Below are positions 62,648 through 64,000 of a stretch of 64,000 nucleotides of DNA, in pieces. A program made the translations under genes and the position numbers. The stretch's first letter is position 1. Every line of letters begins with the position of its first letter. Origin of the DNA: Intestinibacillus massiliensis (GTDB lineage: Bacteria; Bacillota; Clostridia; Oscillospirales; Butyricicoccaceae); contig JAJUJC010000003.1 of the NCBI GenBank assembly GCA_029267335.1, positions 165,044-229,043 on the forward strand, written 5' to 3'. The notes under the pieces are model-generated. The model was not told where the DNA came from. It ran no database searches and saw only the letters and a list, made by a program, of their open reading frames with translations.

Positions 62648-63606
62648 CCTATATCGGGATCGACACGAGCAATTACCGCACCTCGGCTGCGCGTTTCAAC
62701 GCCGCCGACCACACATGGCAGAGCGAGGCGCGGCTGCTCGATGTGCCGGAGGGCACGATCGGTCTGCGACAGTCGGACGCGCTGTTTCAGCACACGATTC
62801 GGCTGCATGAGCAGATCGCGAAGCTGAGTGACATCAAGAACATTGCCGCGATCGGTGTGAGCACCCGTCCGCGCGCGGTAGAGGGTTCCTATATGCCGTG
62901 CTTTCTCGCAGGAGAAAGCGCAGCGCGCAGTGCGGCACATCTTTTGGGTGTGCCGCTCGTTGTTTGTTCCCATCAGCAGGGACACCTCGCCGCAGCAGCG
63001 CTGTCGGCGGATGCGCTCCCGCTGCTCGAGGAGCGTTTCCTTGCGTGGCATTTGTCCGGCGGCACGACCGAGCTGCTGCTCGTCACGCCGGGCGAGGACG
63101 GCTTACCGCATGCCGAGCGCATCGGCGGTACGACCGATCTCGCGGCGGGTCAACTGATTGACCGCGCAGGACAGCGGCTCGGACTGCCGTTTCCGGCGGG
63201 AGCGGCACTCGATACGTTGACACAGCGCGTACAGGAGCTGTTGCAGCCGTTCACAGTCAAGGTGACGGATAGCGCGTTTTCGCTTTCCGGTATGGAGAAC
63301 AAGGTGCAGGCACTGGTCGAGCGGGGCGAGGATCCGGCGCGCATTGCGCGCTTCACGATCGACACGTTGGGACGCGCGGTTGTGAAGGCGACGGCACAGG
63401 CGCGGAAGCGCTATCCGCTGCCGGTGCTGTGCGCGGGCGGCGTTATGGCGAACACCCTGTTGCAGCGCACCATGCGCGATCAATTCGACGCACGGGTCGC
63501 CGCGCCACAGCTTTCGGGCGATAATGCGGTCGGTGTTGCGGTTCTGGCGGCAAAGCAGTGCGGGGAGGCAATATGCAAAGCGACATTTACTCAGTCACAC
63601 GATTAA
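62644..63606 (+). CDS. TsaD/Kae1-like (glycoprotease M22, ASKHA fold) paralog of unknown function
   Basis: GIDTSNYRTS (phosphate-1), HQQGH (metal-site-like), GGTTELL and CAGGVMAN motifs. ATGA overlap with nusB. Confidence 0.7.
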   Translation: MTYIGIDTSNYRTSAARFNAADHTWQSEARLLDVPEGTIGLRQSDALFQHTIRLHEQIAKLSDIKNIAAIGVSTRPRAVEGSYMPCFLAGESAARSAAHLLGVPLVVCSHQQGHLAAAALSADALPLLEERFLAWHLSGGTTELLLVTPGEDGLPHAERIGGTTDLAAGQLIDRAGQRLGLPFPAGAALDTLTQRVQELLQPFTVKVTDSAFSLSGMENKVQALVERGEDPARIARFTIDTLGRAVVKATAQARKRYPLPVLCAGGVMANTLLQRTMRDQFDARVAAPQLSGDNAVGVAVLAAKQCGEAICKATFTQSHD

Positions 63607-64000
63607 ATACGGAAATTAAGGGTATGCTCGAAAGTAATCCCGCATTTCGCAATGTATTTGTGCAGGGCGAGATTTCCAATTACAAGGCACACCCATCGGG
63701 ACATCATTATATGACGCTCAAGGACGACGGCGCGGCGATCAATGCAGTGCTGTTTCGTTCCGATGCGGCGCGGCTGCGTTTCAGGCCGGAAAACGGCATG
63801 AAGGTCATCGCGCGCGGACGCGTCAGCTCATTCCCCAAGAGCGGACAGGTACAGCTTTATCTGGCGGATATGATGCCGGACGGCGCGGGCGCGCTGCATC
63901 TCGCATTTGAGCAGCTCAAGCAGCGGTTGCAGGCAGAGGGGCTGTTTTCCCAATCGCATAAGCGCGTGCTGCCCCGCATGCCCGAGACCATCGCGCTCAT
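63573..64000 (+). CDS. xseA: Exodeoxyribonuclease VII large subunit, 3' end outside window
   Basis: Own translation from ATG 63573 (after GGGGAGG): MQSDIYSVTRLNTEIKGMLE...VFVQGEISNYKAHPSGHHYMTLKD. Typical XseA OB-fold N-terminus. Open to the window end. Confidence 0.9.
   Translation, partial: MQSDIYSVTRLNTEIKGMLESNPAFRNVFVQGEISNYKAHPSGHHYMTLKDDGAAINAVLFRSDAARLRFRPENGMKVIARGRVSSFPKSGQVQLYLADMMPDGAGALHLAFEQLKQRLQAEGLFSQSHKRVLPRMPETIAL

Noticed and set aside
1-64000. Scan of the whole window for CRISPR repeats, IS or transposase, integrase or recombinase, prophage blocks, restriction-modification or other defence genes, and rRNA.
   Set aside because: None seen. No translated ORF in the track shows transposase, integrase, nuclease-NTPase or Cas-like signatures, and no regularly spaced direct repeats are visible. 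I therefore classify the window as mostly ordinary core genome.

Overview
This is a GC-rich chromosomal segment of the Firmicutes/Clostridia type. The supporting signs are strong GGAGG Shine-Dalgarno sites, a FabK-type fatty-acid cluster, ylmC/ymxH, sepF-yggT-divIVA, and miaB-mutS-mutL-miaA-hfq synteny. It is almost entirely core housekeeping DNA. Gene order is: rsgA (5' truncated)-thiN; an aminotransferase; purB; secDF; a sugar-phosphate isomerase; nrdR; an FMN-riboswitch-controlled ribD-ribE-ribBA-ribH operon; a DEAD-box helicase; and a complete type II fatty-acid/acetyl-CoA carboxylase cluster (fabD inverted, then fabH-fabK-fabG-fabF-accB-fabZ-accC-accD-accA-acpP). Next comes a small AT-richer island of three small minus-strand genes, then a TIGR03960/TIGR03936-type radical SAM pair and miaB-mutS-mutL-miaA-hfq. 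A division-cluster tail follows (HlyD-like, yggS, sepF, yggT, divIVA, ileS, lspA, rluD, HAD). After it come degV, hdeD-like, nfeD-SPFH, a holin-like singleton, tRNA-Val(GAC), ilvA-Rrf2, a DivIVA-like coiled-coil gene plus an orphan Fe-S hydro-lyase beta subunit, and TetR-MMPL with a 742-aa helical surface protein. The window ends with a polysaccharide deacetylase, ylmC/ymxH, rpsB-tsf, LacI plus a Gfo/Idh/MocA oxidoreductase, nusB, a TsaD/Kae1-like paralog, and xseA (3' truncated). I found no CRISPR array, transposase, integrase, prophage block, rRNA or recognisable defence system, and no convincing novel multi-gene system. The best leads are modest. (1) The TetR-MMPL-742-aa module. (2) The small-gene island at 23.4-24.7 kb, which includes a 59-aa sORF below the ORF-track cutoff. 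(3) A perfectly mirror-symmetric bidirectional consensus promoter between fabD and fabH. (4) An FMN riboswitch leader with two tandem terminators, the second copying 10 nt of the aptamer 5' strand. Many long ORFs in the track are antisense shadows of real genes, as expected for GC-rich DNA.
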